Assembly (NCBI RefSeq): GCF_963921235.1 | Contig: NC_086109.1 | Span: 28,150,001 to 28,214,000 of the forward strand | Length of the DNA stretch: 64,000 nucleotides | Reading direction: 5' to 3' | DNA from: Mobula hypostoma | Taxonomy: Eukaryota | In this document: one piece after another, positions 37,298 through 51,465 of the stretch | Position numbering within the stretch: the stretch's first letter is position 1 | How the letters are laid out: every line of letters begins with the position of its first letter | Notes under the pieces: model-generated | Database searches by the model: none | What the model was told of the DNA's origin: nothing | The model's input: only the letters and a program-made list of their open reading frames with translations | Position numbers and translations under genes: made by a program

Positions 37298-37879
37298 GTC
37301 TAGACAATGGAAAAGTGGTCACTATTTTCTGTACCTACCATGTGAGCCTAACTTATTTACAAGTACTCTCTACAACGCCATTTGATTAGTAATAAAACAT
37401 CTTCTGTTTTTTTACCTTTTGGGGCCAATTAGATTTCTATATTATAAAGCTTAAAAACTGTTGTTGGCAAACAGAAGTATGTTAATAATACTGCATTTCA
37501 AAAGTCTCAGCATATTTAAGGGAACATTGTGTGCCCACAAACTTTACAGAATCACCTCAAACATTCCAACTACCCTAAGTGTGGCACAGTTTGTTTAGAA
37601 CCCCTAAATTACTTAATTTGAAATACTTCAGGTCTCTGTTTTGAATTGAGAGAGTCCTGCTTTTATATATTGGTTTCCTTATTTCTGTACAGTCAGCATC
37701 TCCTTATCCATCTCTGCACTTTATTCATTGAGCTGGAATGCCTTGGAAAAATGAGTTTTTCCATGGACATGGTACCAAATGCAAGGAAAAGGTTAACTCA
37801 CTGATAATTTTCTTTCTTTTTCCATTGTTCAAGAATGCAGGCTAGTCATCATAATTCTGATCAAAGGTTATCAAACAAA

Positions 37880-38488
37880 AACGTTAAATCTGCTTCTTTC
37901 TCCAATACGAGCAGAGGCGAGGGAAAGTCGTGGTGAGGCCTGTCCACCAAATCCGAGATCAAGGAAAGATCTGAGGTTTGAACAATCTCAGCGCCAGGCC
38001 GATTTGAAAAGGTTAGGTACGGGCTAAAATGTGACGCTAAGGTCCAGGCCCAGAGCATATCAAACCAACAGAGCTTGGGTCCTAAAGCAAGCAACAACTT
38101 GATGTTTGAATGATTTAAACGCAGGGCCAGCTTGAAAAGACAGGGTGTTGGGACCAGAGGCGAGGGTCAAGTCATTTTTGCTCGCTGCTCTGCAATGTTT
38201 ACTCAGCTCTGCTCTGAACTGAAGTGGTGGCCTGCTCTGGCTGCTATGATGCCTGGCTTCATGTCTGCAGATTCACTTTCGTTCTGGGTGCTGTTTGTTC
38301 CTTTGGTTGTTGTGATATTTGTTTTTTTCTCTCTGCATGTTGGGTGTTTGACGGCCTAGATTTTTAATGGGTTCTTTTGGGTTTCTTTACTTTGGTGGCT
38401 GCCTGTAAGGAGACAACTCTCAAGGTCGTATAATGTATACAAACTTAGATAATATATGTACTTTGAACTTTGAACTTTTGACCTTTGA
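37880..38488 (+). mobile_element. Non-autonomous element with a Rex-type 3' end
   Basis: The 3' end ggctgcctgtaaggagac...gataat...(actttga)n is similar to 27090-27315. Confidence 0.55.
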
Positions 38489-39019
38489 GTATACAAACAG
38501 AGAATTCTGCTGTGCTTGGCCAGCTGCTGGGCATCCTCTATTTATATATTAGCCCAGTTGGTAGCTCAATCATTGTGGAAAGACAACAAAGAGTGGATGT
38601 GATTTCCATTCATATGGTAGCTAGGACCATCAATCTAGAGATATGATTTTGACCTGATAATAACTTCTTCCCCACTGCTATTAGACTTCTGAACCAGTCA
38701 CATCTTTCATCCCCAACTTCCTTAAGCTTCTGCCACATTTTCATACACTTAATTCTACCCCTCTTCATTATTCTGATATTGTGATTTTAGCATTTCATTT
38801 TGCACTTCTTCAGTCTGCACTACCATATTTACACCATTTTACCTTTCAGCGTTCACTGCTGCTTTTATTATTCCCATGTAAAGTCTTTAGTCTGTAAGCT
38901 TCTTGAGAGCAAGGAATTTCATTGTACCATGGTGTGTATGACAATGATATAACCTAACTTCACTAGGACAGATGGGACAATTTAAATTAAATAAAAATCC
39001 AGAAATTAAAAAATATCAG

Positions 39020-39235
39020 CTAGGTAATGTTGACCATGAAATGACTGGACTATTTAGAAAGTTAGTCTGGTATGGAAACAGTCTGCAGAACTGGAAATCT
39101 GCCCTCTTTTCATGATTTGACCTATAGGTGACTCCAGACTGACTTATGCAATTGATTCTTAACTTTTTCTTTAGTTCAGGGAAATAATTATATAGCTGTA
39201 ATATTACCAGTGAATCCCATGTCCCATTAACAATT
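39020..39235 (+). mobile_element. Ancient SINE remnant (resembles shark SacSINE1-type elements)
   Basis: gaccatgaaa...ggaaatctgccc...gtgactccagac...attcttaact...cccatgtccca. Recall only; heavily decayed. Confidence 0.4.
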
Positions 39236-42200
39236 TAAATTTAAAAATAACTCCACTATTTTGTCCAATATTGTGATGGCATTGGATTTGCTAACCACAA
39301 ATTTCTAAACTCAATCAATGAATTTAAGCCCATTTGGATATAAATAGCCCTGGTTACTCTCACTAAAGGAAGATTATACTATAACTACCCAACCTTCAAA
39401 GTCTAGTTCACTCCTTGTTTATCCTCCACAGTGAATTTAGCTGCCGATACCACACATAAGCAATGGGTCCCCTTCCCTGCCAAGGAGAAGATACTTCCAG
39501 CTAACAAAGTTGTTTAAATTCAGTTCATTTATTTTCAATGAAAATGTATAAAACCAAACAACATTCTTAAAATATATTTAGATCTCACAGGGGACTTTTA
39601 TCTTATAAAATACTTCCAAATTACACATAAAGTATTTTCCAAAACACAAACCATTTCCTATAAGCTAAAAAGATATACCCACAAGCTGCAGACAAACTAG
39701 TCATTATTGCAGGAATTGAAGGCAGAGGAATGGATTATAGTTCACCCCATGTTTCTGTCATACTTCTTGATGTTCCTGAACTATTCCTAAAAAGCATAAC
39801 TGCTAGCTAAATTTATATATTTTTTTTGCCACTTGGGTGACTTCATACATGTGATGTTCTTTCAGATACCTTTTCACACAGGAGTCTAGAAGCTTCTGGA
39901 GACAGAGATCCCAGGTGCCCACAATTAATGCTGTAAAACTTATTCTTTGAGCAAACAAACTTTCAATCTTATAAGTAAACCATCTATTGATATTCCATAT
40001 GATTGTCTCCATCTGACCTTCTGTAAGTTTCCTTAAACTAAACAACTTAGCCTTCTTTGTCCATTTTGAAACAAACCCAATTAAGTAACCCATTGTCTTA
40101 TAATGTACCTCTTGAGCAATAAGAGAAATGCTGCAAACCAACATCTGGCGTTCTATAGAGAGTGCATCCGATTGCCAAGCTGTCCTTTTAACTTCAAACT
40201 GAACACTGCTTGCCATCTACATTAAGAACTGAAGACTGGCTCCTGTTTGTGACCAGAAGCTAAACAAATTATATTAGTTGGAAGTTTAACTTGTTTAAAA
40301 ACAATACTATGATCTTTAGAAATGTCAGCTGCTGTGTTTAGAAAGCCAAGCTTGGCAAAAGGCAAGACTTTTGGCCCAAAGACAATGAATATCCATCACA
40401 ATTTTAAGATAGAAAATACTGAAAACACTCAGTAGATCAGATGGTGGGAGAAAACTTTCAAATTCTAATGAAAGCTTATTGACCTGAATGTGAGATGCAG
40501 ATGTGCCCTGTGGTCCTGGTGATAGATCCACAGTTGCATTCGACTTATACAACTGCATGCCTGCTGACAGAGTGCTGGTATTGCAGTTGTGGTTGAAAGG
40601 TAGAGGGTGCTGTGAATGGGAACTAGGCCCCAGAAGTAGCAAAAGTCTTATTTAATTATTAAAAGTATCATTATTAATTCTTGTAATGTATAAAAACACA
40701 GCCTTCTCTTTTGATAAAGTTCATTTACTTTCTTGAGAAAGGCCAATGACCCTGTTCGAGTGATGCTGCAGCTCTGGTATGTTTCCTGTTGAAGGAGGCA
40801 GATAGAAGTGTTTCCAGCCCCTCAGCTTAATAGGCTATGAAATATCCCTGGAATCACCGATAAGTCTGCATTTGATCTCGGGTGCATTCAATATGTTGAG
40901 GTCCACAATTGACTAACACACGGCAGCTGGCTGCCTGTTCTTTATGGAAACCATCAATCCAGCCTGTTCATGTTGCTTCCATCACCACAGATACTGCCTG
41001 GTAACCTAAGAGTTTCTAGCACTACTGATTTTATTTCAGATTTCCAGCATCTGCAGTATTTTGCTCGGCTAAATGAGTCACAGTTTTAACATTCGATCTA
41101 TGTTCCTTAACAGCCTTCCATCAAACCACAGAAAATAAAATGATTCCAAATGTGATCCAGTGAAAAAAATTATCTGACTCCAGCTTCAGGGTCAATGTAA
41201 TTTCTGCTCTTGTCCTATAACAGGGAATAGTTAAGTTCACTTCAGTTTAAACTTTGCCTTTGAAACAAGCAAAGTCTAAATCAACATGTCAATTTAAATG
41301 CAAATCATGGTGGTGTGTTTCAATTGTAATGGAATGGCTGCACTGAGCTAAATACTACACACTGTGCATTTAATAAGACCCCCTTCTTCCCATGAATGTC
41401 AGCCAGTTCTTATGAAACTCTTGGTCCATGGGATAGGGAATATTTTTTTGTTGAAAAAAAGAAAGAATGTTCTTTCTTGCAGAATAAACAAGGGCATCAT
41501 TCACTGATCACAGGAAGCCAAGCAATGTGAAGGATTTGTGAGAAATCTTTGAAAATGATCTTGACAATTGAACAATGAAGAATTGTTGCAAAAAGATGCA
41601 CTTGTTCAAAAGCTGTTTTCGCCCCTTAGCCAAAATGAGGCCAAACAGGAAACAGACCATCATTCAGATGTTTTGTTGCAATGATTGGTACACTGACAGA
41701 TGTGGGTCATTCAGAAGACTGGCTCGAACCTGTAGCTGCTGGCACATACGGAATATCCAACTGTGGAGAGTGACACTGGGATTGGTGAAACAGTGGCACC
41801 ATAACTGTGAGCTAACACTGATACCATCAGGGTTTACTGAAAGCAGGTTATTAGAGTACTGGAAATTACTTCCTTAGGCATGGAAACCCTATGTTGCTCT
41901 TTACTAACATCTCAAAATTAAATAGAACAGAAAAACAATTCCACTTATTTACTATGCATTTCAGTAGAAACTGGAAGAGGTCAACCACAATCCAATGTAT
42001 CCAAAAGTGAGCAATATATTGCGACTGAATATCTTCTACAAAGGCAGATCAATTCAGTTCAGCTTGTAACGCACATTTCATTTCTAACAATAATCGATAC
42101 AGATAATGTCAATACTCTAAGGTCACATTTACAATTTAGGAACTGTTCATGTGCCATACGAAATGTGCTGGATATTGAGTTTCTAGGATGAGTTACTAGT

Positions 42201-43170
42201 GGGCATCTCACTTAGGTGTTTCAAGTCTGAATATGATTTCTATGGAGCGTGGGTTATCAATTAAATGCTTAATATACAAAAATACTATTTTATGATATTT
42301 ACAGTATATAATATGACATTTATACAATAGCTTCACAGAGGCAATAGTTAAATAGGTTTATAACATTCATACTTATATTTCTGCATAACTTTCTTGATTA
42401 ATTCTCTATAAGTTCAGTTGTAACAAGGTCAAAGTGTTTAAGTCACTGGATATTAGTGGACTGGAAACTTGAAATAATGCCATTTCTTCATTTGAACCTT
42501 TATTTGAAAATTTCTTTTTCATTTAGAGACATCTAAAATAATAGAACTATGTTAATTTAAAAAAACATTGAAATAATCAAACAGTATGACTGAACAAGAA
42601 AGAACATTGCATTACTTTCAGCCAGACCAAAAGCAATAATAAGTTCGAGTTATAATGAAAAGAAAAATAGTCAGATGCAGTTTAGAACAGCTTTGTAGCT
42701 TTTCCAAAAATCAGTAGAGATGTAATTAAAGGATGCATCTAAAAGTTTTCAGCAACTACATGAACCAGTGATGTATGCACAACAGAGAGCTGAGATCAAA
42801 TCATACAGGTCTTGAATCTCTATCATTATTCAGGCCTGCACTTCATTTAGATGTGCACAATAAATACACAGAATAAAGTATGACTTTTCAGCCTGCTTTT
42901 CCAGTTATAACTTTGTAAATTTTGTATAAAGAAAGCCTTGTTATTTGCTGAATTGAACTTGACATTTGATTTACTTGGAAACATTAACAGAAGAAATCAA
43001 CCCTTGGATAACAGTCCAAGAAATATCTGAGCGTATTGGCCATAGTCACATACTAACTCCTTAACTTGCAAACAAATTTGCAAAGGTTAGTACAGCCAGA
43101 GACCAACACTGCCTTATAAATCCAGCACTTGTAAACTGGTAAATTGGTAAACTGTATAATTATTGTAATG

Positions 43171-43319
43171 ACTATCGCTTCTTTCAGTTAGTCCTGACGA
43201 AGGGTCTCGGCCCAAAACGTCGACTGTGCTTCTTCCTATGGATGCTGTCTGGCCTGCTGCGTTCCATCAGCATTTTGTGTGTGTTGCTTGAATTTCCAGT
43301 ATCTGCAGATTTCCTTGTG
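43171..43319 (+). mobile_element. 149-bp PLE end (hammerhead motif and tail) with a 13-bp TSD
   Basis: Flanks aattattgtaatg (43158-43170) and aattattgcaatg (43320-43332). 43190-43225 reads AGTC CTGACGA AGGGTCTCGGCCC AAAA CGTC GACT. Confidence 0.9.
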
Positions 43320-43609
43320 AATTATTGCAATGTACCGAGTCTTGCATACTGTTTATTCAGATCAATTCATTTCAACAGTGTTTTGAATTAGTACAAGATA
43401 AAACAATAACAGTTTTCAGAATAAAGTGTGGTAGTTACAAACAAACTGAAGTACAGGTAGACAATAGGATGCAAAGTCATAACGAGGTAGATTGTGCAGT
43501 CAAGAGTCCATTGTATTGTAACGGAGTACTATTCAATAGTCTTATAACAGTGATATAAAAGCTATCTTTGAGTCTGGCAGTATGTTCTTACAGGTGTTTA
43601 TGCAGTCTG

Positions 43610-44060
43610 TGGCCACTTCTGTATCTTCTGTACCTAATAAAGTGGCCATAGAGTGAATCTTGGTTGTCTTCTGCTGCTGTAGCCTATCCATTTCAAGGTT
43701 CGATGTGTTGTGCATTCAGAGGTACTCTTCTACATGCCATTGTTGTAATGTGTAGTCATTTGAATTAATCTCACCTTCCTGTTAGCTTGAACCAGTCTAT
43801 CTATTTCCTCTGACCTCTCCCATTAACAAAATGTTTTCACCCACAGAACTACTCACTGGATTTCCTTCTCTTTTTTTTTTGCAGCATTTTCTGTAAACTT
43901 TAGAGACTGTTGTGTGTGAAAATCCCAGCAGATCAGCAGTTTATGAGCTACTCAAACCACCCCATTTGGCACCAACAATCATCCACGGTCACATTTGTTC
44001 ACCATTCTGATGTTTGGTCTGAACAACAGCTAAACCTCTTGACTATGTCTGCATGTTTTC
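43610..44060 (-). mobile_element. Tc1/mariner-derived MITE
   Basis: Contains a cctaataaagtggcca motif, and the body is homologous to 56747-57240. Confidence 0.75.
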
Positions 44061-47029
44061 AGCTGATGTGCTGAGTTGTGTTGACAACTCTACAGCTTCA
44101 TGCAGTTTTGTTCAGAGCAGTTGCCATACCAAGAGTTTACACATCCAAATAAAATGCTTTCTATAGTGCATCTATAAAAAACTGGTAAGGGTTAATGGGG
44201 ACATGCAAATTTCTTTAGCTTCCTGACCAAGTAGAGGTGCTGGTGAGCTTTCCTGGCCATAACATCAATGTGGTTGGACTAGGACACATTTTTGTGATGT
44301 TCCCTCCTAGGAACTTGAAGCACTCAAACCTCTTGACGTCAGCACCATTGACATGTACACAAACCCACTCCTGAAGTCAATACCCAGCTCTTTTGTTTTG
44401 CTGACACTGAAGGAAATGTTGTCATGACACCATGTTGCCAAGCTCTCTTTCTCCCTCCTGTACTCTGACTCGTTGTTATTTGAGGTATAACCCACCATGG
44501 ATGCAGCTACTAGATGAATGTAAGGCAGTAGTTTATCTCAGTTACAGAGTATAATACTAGTTTGCTCATTGGGAGTCTTATGTCTGAATTTGAAAATTTC
44601 CCACATCTGCAATGCCCGTGCAATATTGCCTTGGAATCTTTGCCTGTAAAATGGAATGATGCATGTTTTTACCTTGGTTGAATCACATACAGTAAAACTT
44701 TGCTAATCTGTAATTCCAATGTTCAGAAATCTTGCTTTTTTCGGCATCTGGTTTCTCTCAGGTCCCTTTCCCATGGTTACTTCATGCACAGCAGGGATCC
44801 ATTTCCCCACTCACCTTCCACACACAGAGCTCTGATTCAAAACTGCAGACAAACACAAGTGGGCCCCATTCCCACACTCCTTTTAACCTCACTAGTGTCC
44901 TGTTCATGTGCTTTCCTTAAAACCATCCGATTCACTAGAAAACACACAACAGTGTAATGTCTAAAAATTATGAACTAAAAGTGAGTTGGTTTACTAATAG
45001 TTCAGAAAATCTGTTGGTCTGTCACTGAAACATTTCTGAGGGTGATGGATTATTAGAGTTTTACTGTAACATGATTTCACAGCGAGATCATCAGTATGAT
45101 ATCAGTCCATCATGACCTTTTGATTCTGCAAGAAATGGTCCTAATATGTTTTATGAAATTATTGGCAATTGATCATAGTTGAGTACGGATTAAAATCTGT
45201 TTCTGAGCAGTTAGTGTAGTGTTTGTTATTCATGAACAAGTAATAAATTCCTTAGACTTCCTGGGCAATTGGAAAAAAAAGCAACCACTAAAGTACAAGT
45301 ACATGCAAGATGAAAGACACTTGAACATATAGTTTTAAGATCAAAGGCAGAAAATGTACCTGTTCTGTCTTCAAACGCTGCTGGTCATTGTTTCCCACTA
45401 GTCAAAGTTGTCTTCCAGACAAAAGATGCCTGGAATTCATACAGAACTAACAGAGATGGATACTCACCAGATAATAAGCAGATGGTGGTGAAGTACAGGG
45501 CTGTAGTTCAACTCAGTTCTAAAGTGTAAAGTCAGTTTGATCTTTTGGAAGTGGTGGGCTGATTATTTCGTGCATCCAAGTTGTCAGTGCATCCATAGTG
45601 ATGAAGCAACAAAACATTTTGCACTAACATATGGAGATTCAAAGTTAAAACATTATAGCATGAGCAATGCATAAACTTGAAACATGAAAAGAAAAATAGC
45701 AGAAGATCTGATTGAAAAATGAAAGCAAGATGAAATGCATAAATGAAATGAGGTGTAAAATGAAAATATGAAGTTTTGGGGTTCTGATTAATATATTTCT
45801 GTGCTTCTAATCACAACAAAGTTCAGTATCATAAACAGGCTCTTGCTGTTTTAAACCAAGTTTAGTATGTACAGGATTTACTGGACTATTGCCTGCATAA
45901 ATTTTCAGTTACCTTTGCTGTGTGCAATCATAACAATACCCGATATCATGCGTGAGCCGTTTGCGGCATACCTCATCTCTATTCTCTCCAGCTCTATCGC
46001 ATAACCTTTGCTCATGGCATTTTAATAGGTCATCCAATCCTCATCTACTTGCAACTTCATACCTTTATTGTTATGTCTGCTTTGGTGATAACTGATGTTC
46101 CTCAACCACACACCTCATCATAATGCCTGAGTCTCCTGGTTCCGTCACTTTTGTTCAGTTAGAAACAAGAGCTTTACCTTTGATCCATGTTGGACTTTAC
46201 CTTTTGAATCACTTTAAAACATTTCAATAGATGTGTCATTTAAAATATCTGGCTTGGAAATTAGATTGCAAGGAGCTATTGAATGAAATCTAACGAGATG
46301 GATAATGCACTAATCACAGGATGAAACATGATAATGACAATTTCCGGGTTATTTTACGTCAGTGGAGAAATTCAGCTGGATGTTTCCCAACATGGGTCTG
46401 GCTCCTACGTCTGATGTGTTTTCTGTATCAGATGCCCATCAAATGACATCATTTTCTCTGCAACACCCCTATTGGTGGAACATTGCAAGGCAAACTAGAC
46501 CATGAGGCTTTCACTATACAGTCTGAAACTGAAACCCTGCTAAGATAAGTACCATTCTTACCTTTTATATTTTGGGATCATCTCCTACCAATCACCTTAC
46601 TTCTATCAATCTTCTTTAAATTCCATAAGTCGCACAGGCATTTCGGCTTCTCCATCACCACCTTTAGACTTCCATCTATTTCCCTTGTACAGCCAAAAGC
46701 TCTGGAATTAGGATTCAATTTCCTACCCATCCCCATTTACCACTTGTCATTTATCTGATCCCTGAAATGTAGGCCATCACATTTCCCCAACTCAAACCAC
46801 AGCCTAATCTCGGTAATTTAGAAGGCTGCCAGTGTAACTGCAGGCCCAATACATGGCCCTAGCCCTGGTCCTGGGTGGTATATTTTTATTCAATGCCTGG
46901 TTAGTGGTGCCTGGCCTTGAATATTGACCAGCCAGTATTCACTGGAATGCTCGACCAATGTTGTGATGAAATGGAGGTAGCAGTGAATGACAATAAAGCA
47001 GTAGATGACTGAAAGATGTTAAACTCCAA

Positions 47030-47225
47030 TGATAAGGTAGTAAAGAAGGCATATGGCATGTTTGCCTTTATTAGTCAAGGCACTGAGTTCAAAAGTCAGG
47101 AGGTAACGTTGCAGCTTTGTAAAACTTCAGTTAGGCCGCATTTGGAATGTTACATACTGTTCTGGTCACCCCATCTTAGGAAGGATTTCGATGCTTTGGA
47201 GAGGGTGAAAAAGTGGTTTACCAGT
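47030..47225 (+). mobile_element. CR1 fragment
   Basis: KVVKKAYGMFAFISQG.EFKS.EV.LQL.K..VRPHLE....FWSP..RKD..ALERV. Confidence 0.85.
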
Positions 47226-50076
47226 TATTTATCTAGCTCAATATCATATTTCTGTTTTTTTTTCTATTTCCCTCAATTTCCTTAGATCTGGGATATTCAG
47301 TTATAATCTTTTTTTTTCGACCACTGGACAAATACATGTGCTAACATTCAATGAGATTGTCATTGCCAAGTCCTTCACCATTGACATGCTGGGAATTATC
47401 ATTGAACAGAAAGACACAGGAGCATCTACTGTACCTAAATGTCGGAGCTATTAAAACAGATCATGAATTAGGCATGAATTCCCTAGCTTTTTCCACTGTT
47501 CACAGGGCACCACTCCAGAATGTGATTAAATGCTTTTTATTCGCCTGAATAATTACAGTTCCGAAAACTGTTAAGAAGTTTGAAGTCATCCAAAACAAAG
47601 CAGATTGCTTAATTAACCACCCTCCACGTGGGACATGGTGACTGCAATGTGCACCACTTAGTGGATACAATGCTCCCCTGACAGCACCTCTCAAACGCTG
47701 GGATGTCTACTAGCAAGAAGGAGAAAAAAGGGCAAAGGAGGAATAGGAACATCACCTCCATCAGGTAACCATTCAACTATATATCACTGGCATATTCACC
47801 TGAATCTAATATTCATTATTGGTGGGTCTAGATCTTAGAACTTGCTCTCTGGTTTCCTTACACTTCTCGATAATGTGCTGGTTGGTAAATGACTACTATA
47901 AATTTTGGATGGCTAAAGAATTGGGAAGAGTTGATGGACATGTGAGAGAGAATAAATTAATGAGAGAGAGGAAATAAATGAGTGAATGGGATTGGTGGAA
48001 ATGCTCTGAACATTGGCAAAAGGAGAATGGAAACACCCTCATCAAAAGGAAACATGGAAACAGCCCTAATAGAAGACCTTCATCAGAAGGATTGAAGAAG
48101 ATTCACCTCCATCTTTTGAGGTTTACCAGGACTGGACAATAAATCTTGATCTTGTTAGCTATGCCTCAAAAAAAAGGGAAAAAATATTCTAGCATTGTAG
48201 CCAATAAAAGCTGAAAGAATTAATTTTAAAATGTTAATTTTATAAAAGGTATTTAATAATGTTTGTGGTTGTGGTTGAAGCACACTGCTTTTACTGTAAT
48301 GAAGTTTAGAAAATACAGGAGCTCTGATCAAAGGTAAATAATTGATTCAGATATCAGATTGAAGACGCTTGGAGCCCGCAATAAGGAATAATAATCAAGA
48401 AGAAGCTATTCAGATATACCTAGCAGCACTGATTCTTCATTTGTCCATTTACTGTATCTGTACTAAGTGCATTCAAACTGAATTTTCATCAATTAAATGC
48501 CACGTTGCCACAATAACAAGCTTCACGTCAATACCCGCCTTTAAGTAAATTGGCACTGAAATTCTATATGGGTTGCTTGATTACTCCTGCTCATCACTCA
48601 TAAATTAGACAAGAGACTGAAGGATGCCCCACAGCATTTCAAGCCCTTTGAACTTCATGACCAGTAATGTATTTTGATAGCTTGCTGCACAGGCTTCCTT
48701 TGTTTATCATACTTCCCTATCAACATTTTAATGGTTCTGTCTCAGTTTAATGCACGTGGATTCATTTAGTTAAAAGGTATTGTAATTTGCATCAACATGA
48801 TACTAATTCACCTGTTTTGACTTTGTACTCAAGAGTTGTTAACCAGCAAACTGCGTAAATGAGGAAAGTCAGCGTGGATCAACACCAGCTGTTTTGAGTG
48901 CAAAACAGCCTAAAGCACCAGTCACATGCTGAGGTCTGGAAATAAGAGCTCCTCAGACAGGATATAGATCCCATCTGAGTCTCCCTGGTTGGTTGTCCTC
49001 TGTCTCCTATCACTACTGTATCATGTTAGTCAGGACAAATTTCATCCCTGACGTCCTGGCATAATGTCACTACTACAAAAACAGTGCTTATCATAATGCA
49101 GCACACCATCAGTCCAGATTATAAACTTTAATCACTATTAAGATTCAAATTCACAACTTTCTGACTTTACAGGTACAAACACTGCTAGCTGAGCCATTTT
49201 ATTCAGAATGCTATTGCTTTTTCTAGCTTTCCTAGCAACATGGCTTGAGTTAATGTTTTGCTTATGAGTTCAGAATGGATAATTAGTACTTTAATTCATT
49301 ATTGTTGTCCCAGATTTTCCTTTGCACTTGGTTAATGGTGACCAGATTCTGGCATGATGGGACCACCACACTCCATAGCGATCAATATAATTCAAGAGTG
49401 CTTCAGGTGCCTGATGAAAAAATCTGCTTGGTGTGTCTCCTAGCTTCAGGCAACACAAACGTCCACCAACTGACACAGTTTGCATGCTATCACTTCTCCA
49501 ACTCCTTAATCCAGGAATAGCAAGGACACAGATACTTCCTAGTATCTCTCCTTTGTACTCCTTTCTGCAATCCTATCCATATAGCAAACAGCATAGCCTG
49601 ATGAGACAGACTGCATTCTAGCCAGTTCTCCAGCACTTCCAATGAAAATTGGTGCTCGGACAAGAAACCTCAGATCAAGTCCACTGAAACTACATGAAAG
49701 ATAGAGAGACAAGAGAACGCCAATTCTGGAATCAGAAGCAATAAGCAATCCCCTGAGGAATCCAGCATGTCGAACAGCATGTGTAGAGGATAAGAAATTG
49801 TCAATGTTTTGGGTCACAACCCTGCATCAGGGCTAAGTGAGGAGAGGGGAAATAACCGAGAAAAGGAGAAGAGGGGGAATGGTGAGACAGGGGCCAGAAG
49901 CAATTGGTCCCTGATGTGCGTGAAGGATAATGGATAGTTTTCTCCAGGTAAGAGTGGGCGTGTGTCACAGATTGGAGACAGAGGTAAATGGGTCGTAGAA
50001 AGAGGCAGACAAAAAAAATGAATGGAGAAGCAGATAAAACCAGAGGGGGCAGGGAGAATGACGATTGAGATATTTA

Positions 50077-50870
50077 GGCTACGTCCACACTAGACCGGAT
50101 AAATCCGTAACCGAAGCTTTTTCTTTTCATTTTGACCCTCCATCCACACTGAAGTGGCGTTTTCCTCCCACGAAAACGGAGCTTTTCTAAAACACTCTCC
50201 AGAGTGTTTAAATATGAAAACTCCGGTTGGGCGTTGTAGTGTGTACGGGATAACCAGAGGTTTTAAAAAAACCTGTCGTCCTTTTCATCGGTGGAGACTA
50301 TGGCTGTAGGAAATATTTCCAGGGTGACACCTCTGTGGGAGTGGGGAAGATATTGGTGGGGCCACCCGGGGGTCTGTGTGTCCATATGTGTATCTATTGT
50401 AGTGGCTGTAAGGCTGCTATTGTGGTGGTGAAAAGTACTCGGGGGGGGGGGGGCCATCATATTCCTCATCATTGCAAATCCCTCTGCAACAGTGTTAGTC
50501 AGTTTTTCAATGTTTGTCATCGGCCGGGTCATACTGTCCGTGAACTCCCTGTTGGTTGCCTCCATATGCTCCACTATTTGTTTTTCCTGTTTTAAGTCCT
50601 CCTGCGCGAGAACCAACAGCTGTCCATCGTTTGGCAATTTCCTTTTAAGTTTTTCTAGACTGTAACTGGACAAACACACACCAAGTATACCGTTTCCTCT
50701 TCACTTGTTTTCTGTAGATGTGTCCTGCGCATGCCTAGTAGGAGGAGATTCGCCCAAATACCCGTTTTAATGTAGACTGAGGTATTTTCAAAAACGCCTG
50801 GTGTGGACGCCTATCGTTTTTACGCAATACCAGTGTTTTCAAAATTACCTGGTCCAGTGTGGACATAGCC
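50077..50870 (-). mobile_element. Non-autonomous PIF/Harbinger transposon 1
   Basis: TIRs GGCTACGTCCACACT and AGTGTGGACATAGCC. TTA at 50074-50076 and 50871-50873. The internal coiled-coil fragment LKRKLPNDGQLL..AQEDL...NIEKLTNTVAEGF is probably from the accessory DNA-binding ORF. Confidence 0.88.
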
Positions 50871-50873
50871 TTA

Positions 50874-51339
50874 AGCCCAATTTATACTACTGCGTCAAAT
50901 GTACGCCGTAGGTACCGCGTGCCCTATGCTCTAGGGTGACATGCACCTCCCCAAAAATGTAACTCACGTGTTGCGTGACGCAGACCGCAACAACTGTGAT
51001 TAGTCCGCTTGGTAGCATCGCATTTCCTCCTACGCATTTCTGGTTGCTTTTCTCCGCCATGTCTGTACGCTGATGCGAAATAAATGGTTGGAGATGATGA
51101 ACTAAATTGTCAAATCTACCTGCCGACATCCGAAAATATTTGAAATGCATTTCCTTGTCCATGCCTCTCACGAAGAAACTCAACACAGTGGCATAGAAAT
51201 CCCACCGCCAACTAGTGTTTTGGCAATGAATTGCAGAGCGACGCAGACACAACTACGCATGCTTGCTACGGTGTACGGCTACGCAAAAGTATAAATCAGG
51301 CCTATGGCGTAGCCCGTACGCACAAGTACAAATCAGCCT
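50874..51339 (-). mobile_element. Non-autonomous PIF/Harbinger transposon 2
   Basis: Imperfect TIRs AGCCCAATTTATACT and AGTACAAATCAGCCT. TTA at 50871-50873 and 51340-51342. Transposase N-terminal remnant [28 protein letters not shown]. Confidence 0.85.
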
Positions 51340-51465
51340 TTAGGAGGGTGCTGAGCAGAAACACAAAGGTTACCAGGGCTGGAATATGCTAAGGAAGAAG
51401 ATAATAATGGGGACTATTAGAGAAGACGCGAAGGGCAGGTAGAATGAGAACTAGATAAAGGAGTT

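Larger units (their letters stand above)
43135..44500 (-). mobile_element. Decayed Rex1/Babar fragment interrupted by a PLE and a Tc1 MITE
   Basis: VG...NNNESEYRRE..SLATWCHDN.S.SVSKTKEL.IDFR at 44307-44498. A Rex-type UTR lies at 43135-43610. Confidence 0.75.
49720..51465 (-). mobile_element. Old PLE pLTR/UTR interrupted by two Harbinger elements
   Basis: The minus strand at ~49797-49834 reads agcc CTGATGC agggttgtgaccc AAAA cattgac. The purine-rich UTR appears to continue after 51342. Confidence 0.6.

Noticed and set aside
45355..45600. Minus-strand donor-like sites (gtgagt, gtacat) suggesting two exons
   Set aside because: The smaller candidate exon has stops in all three frames and the implied intron is very short.
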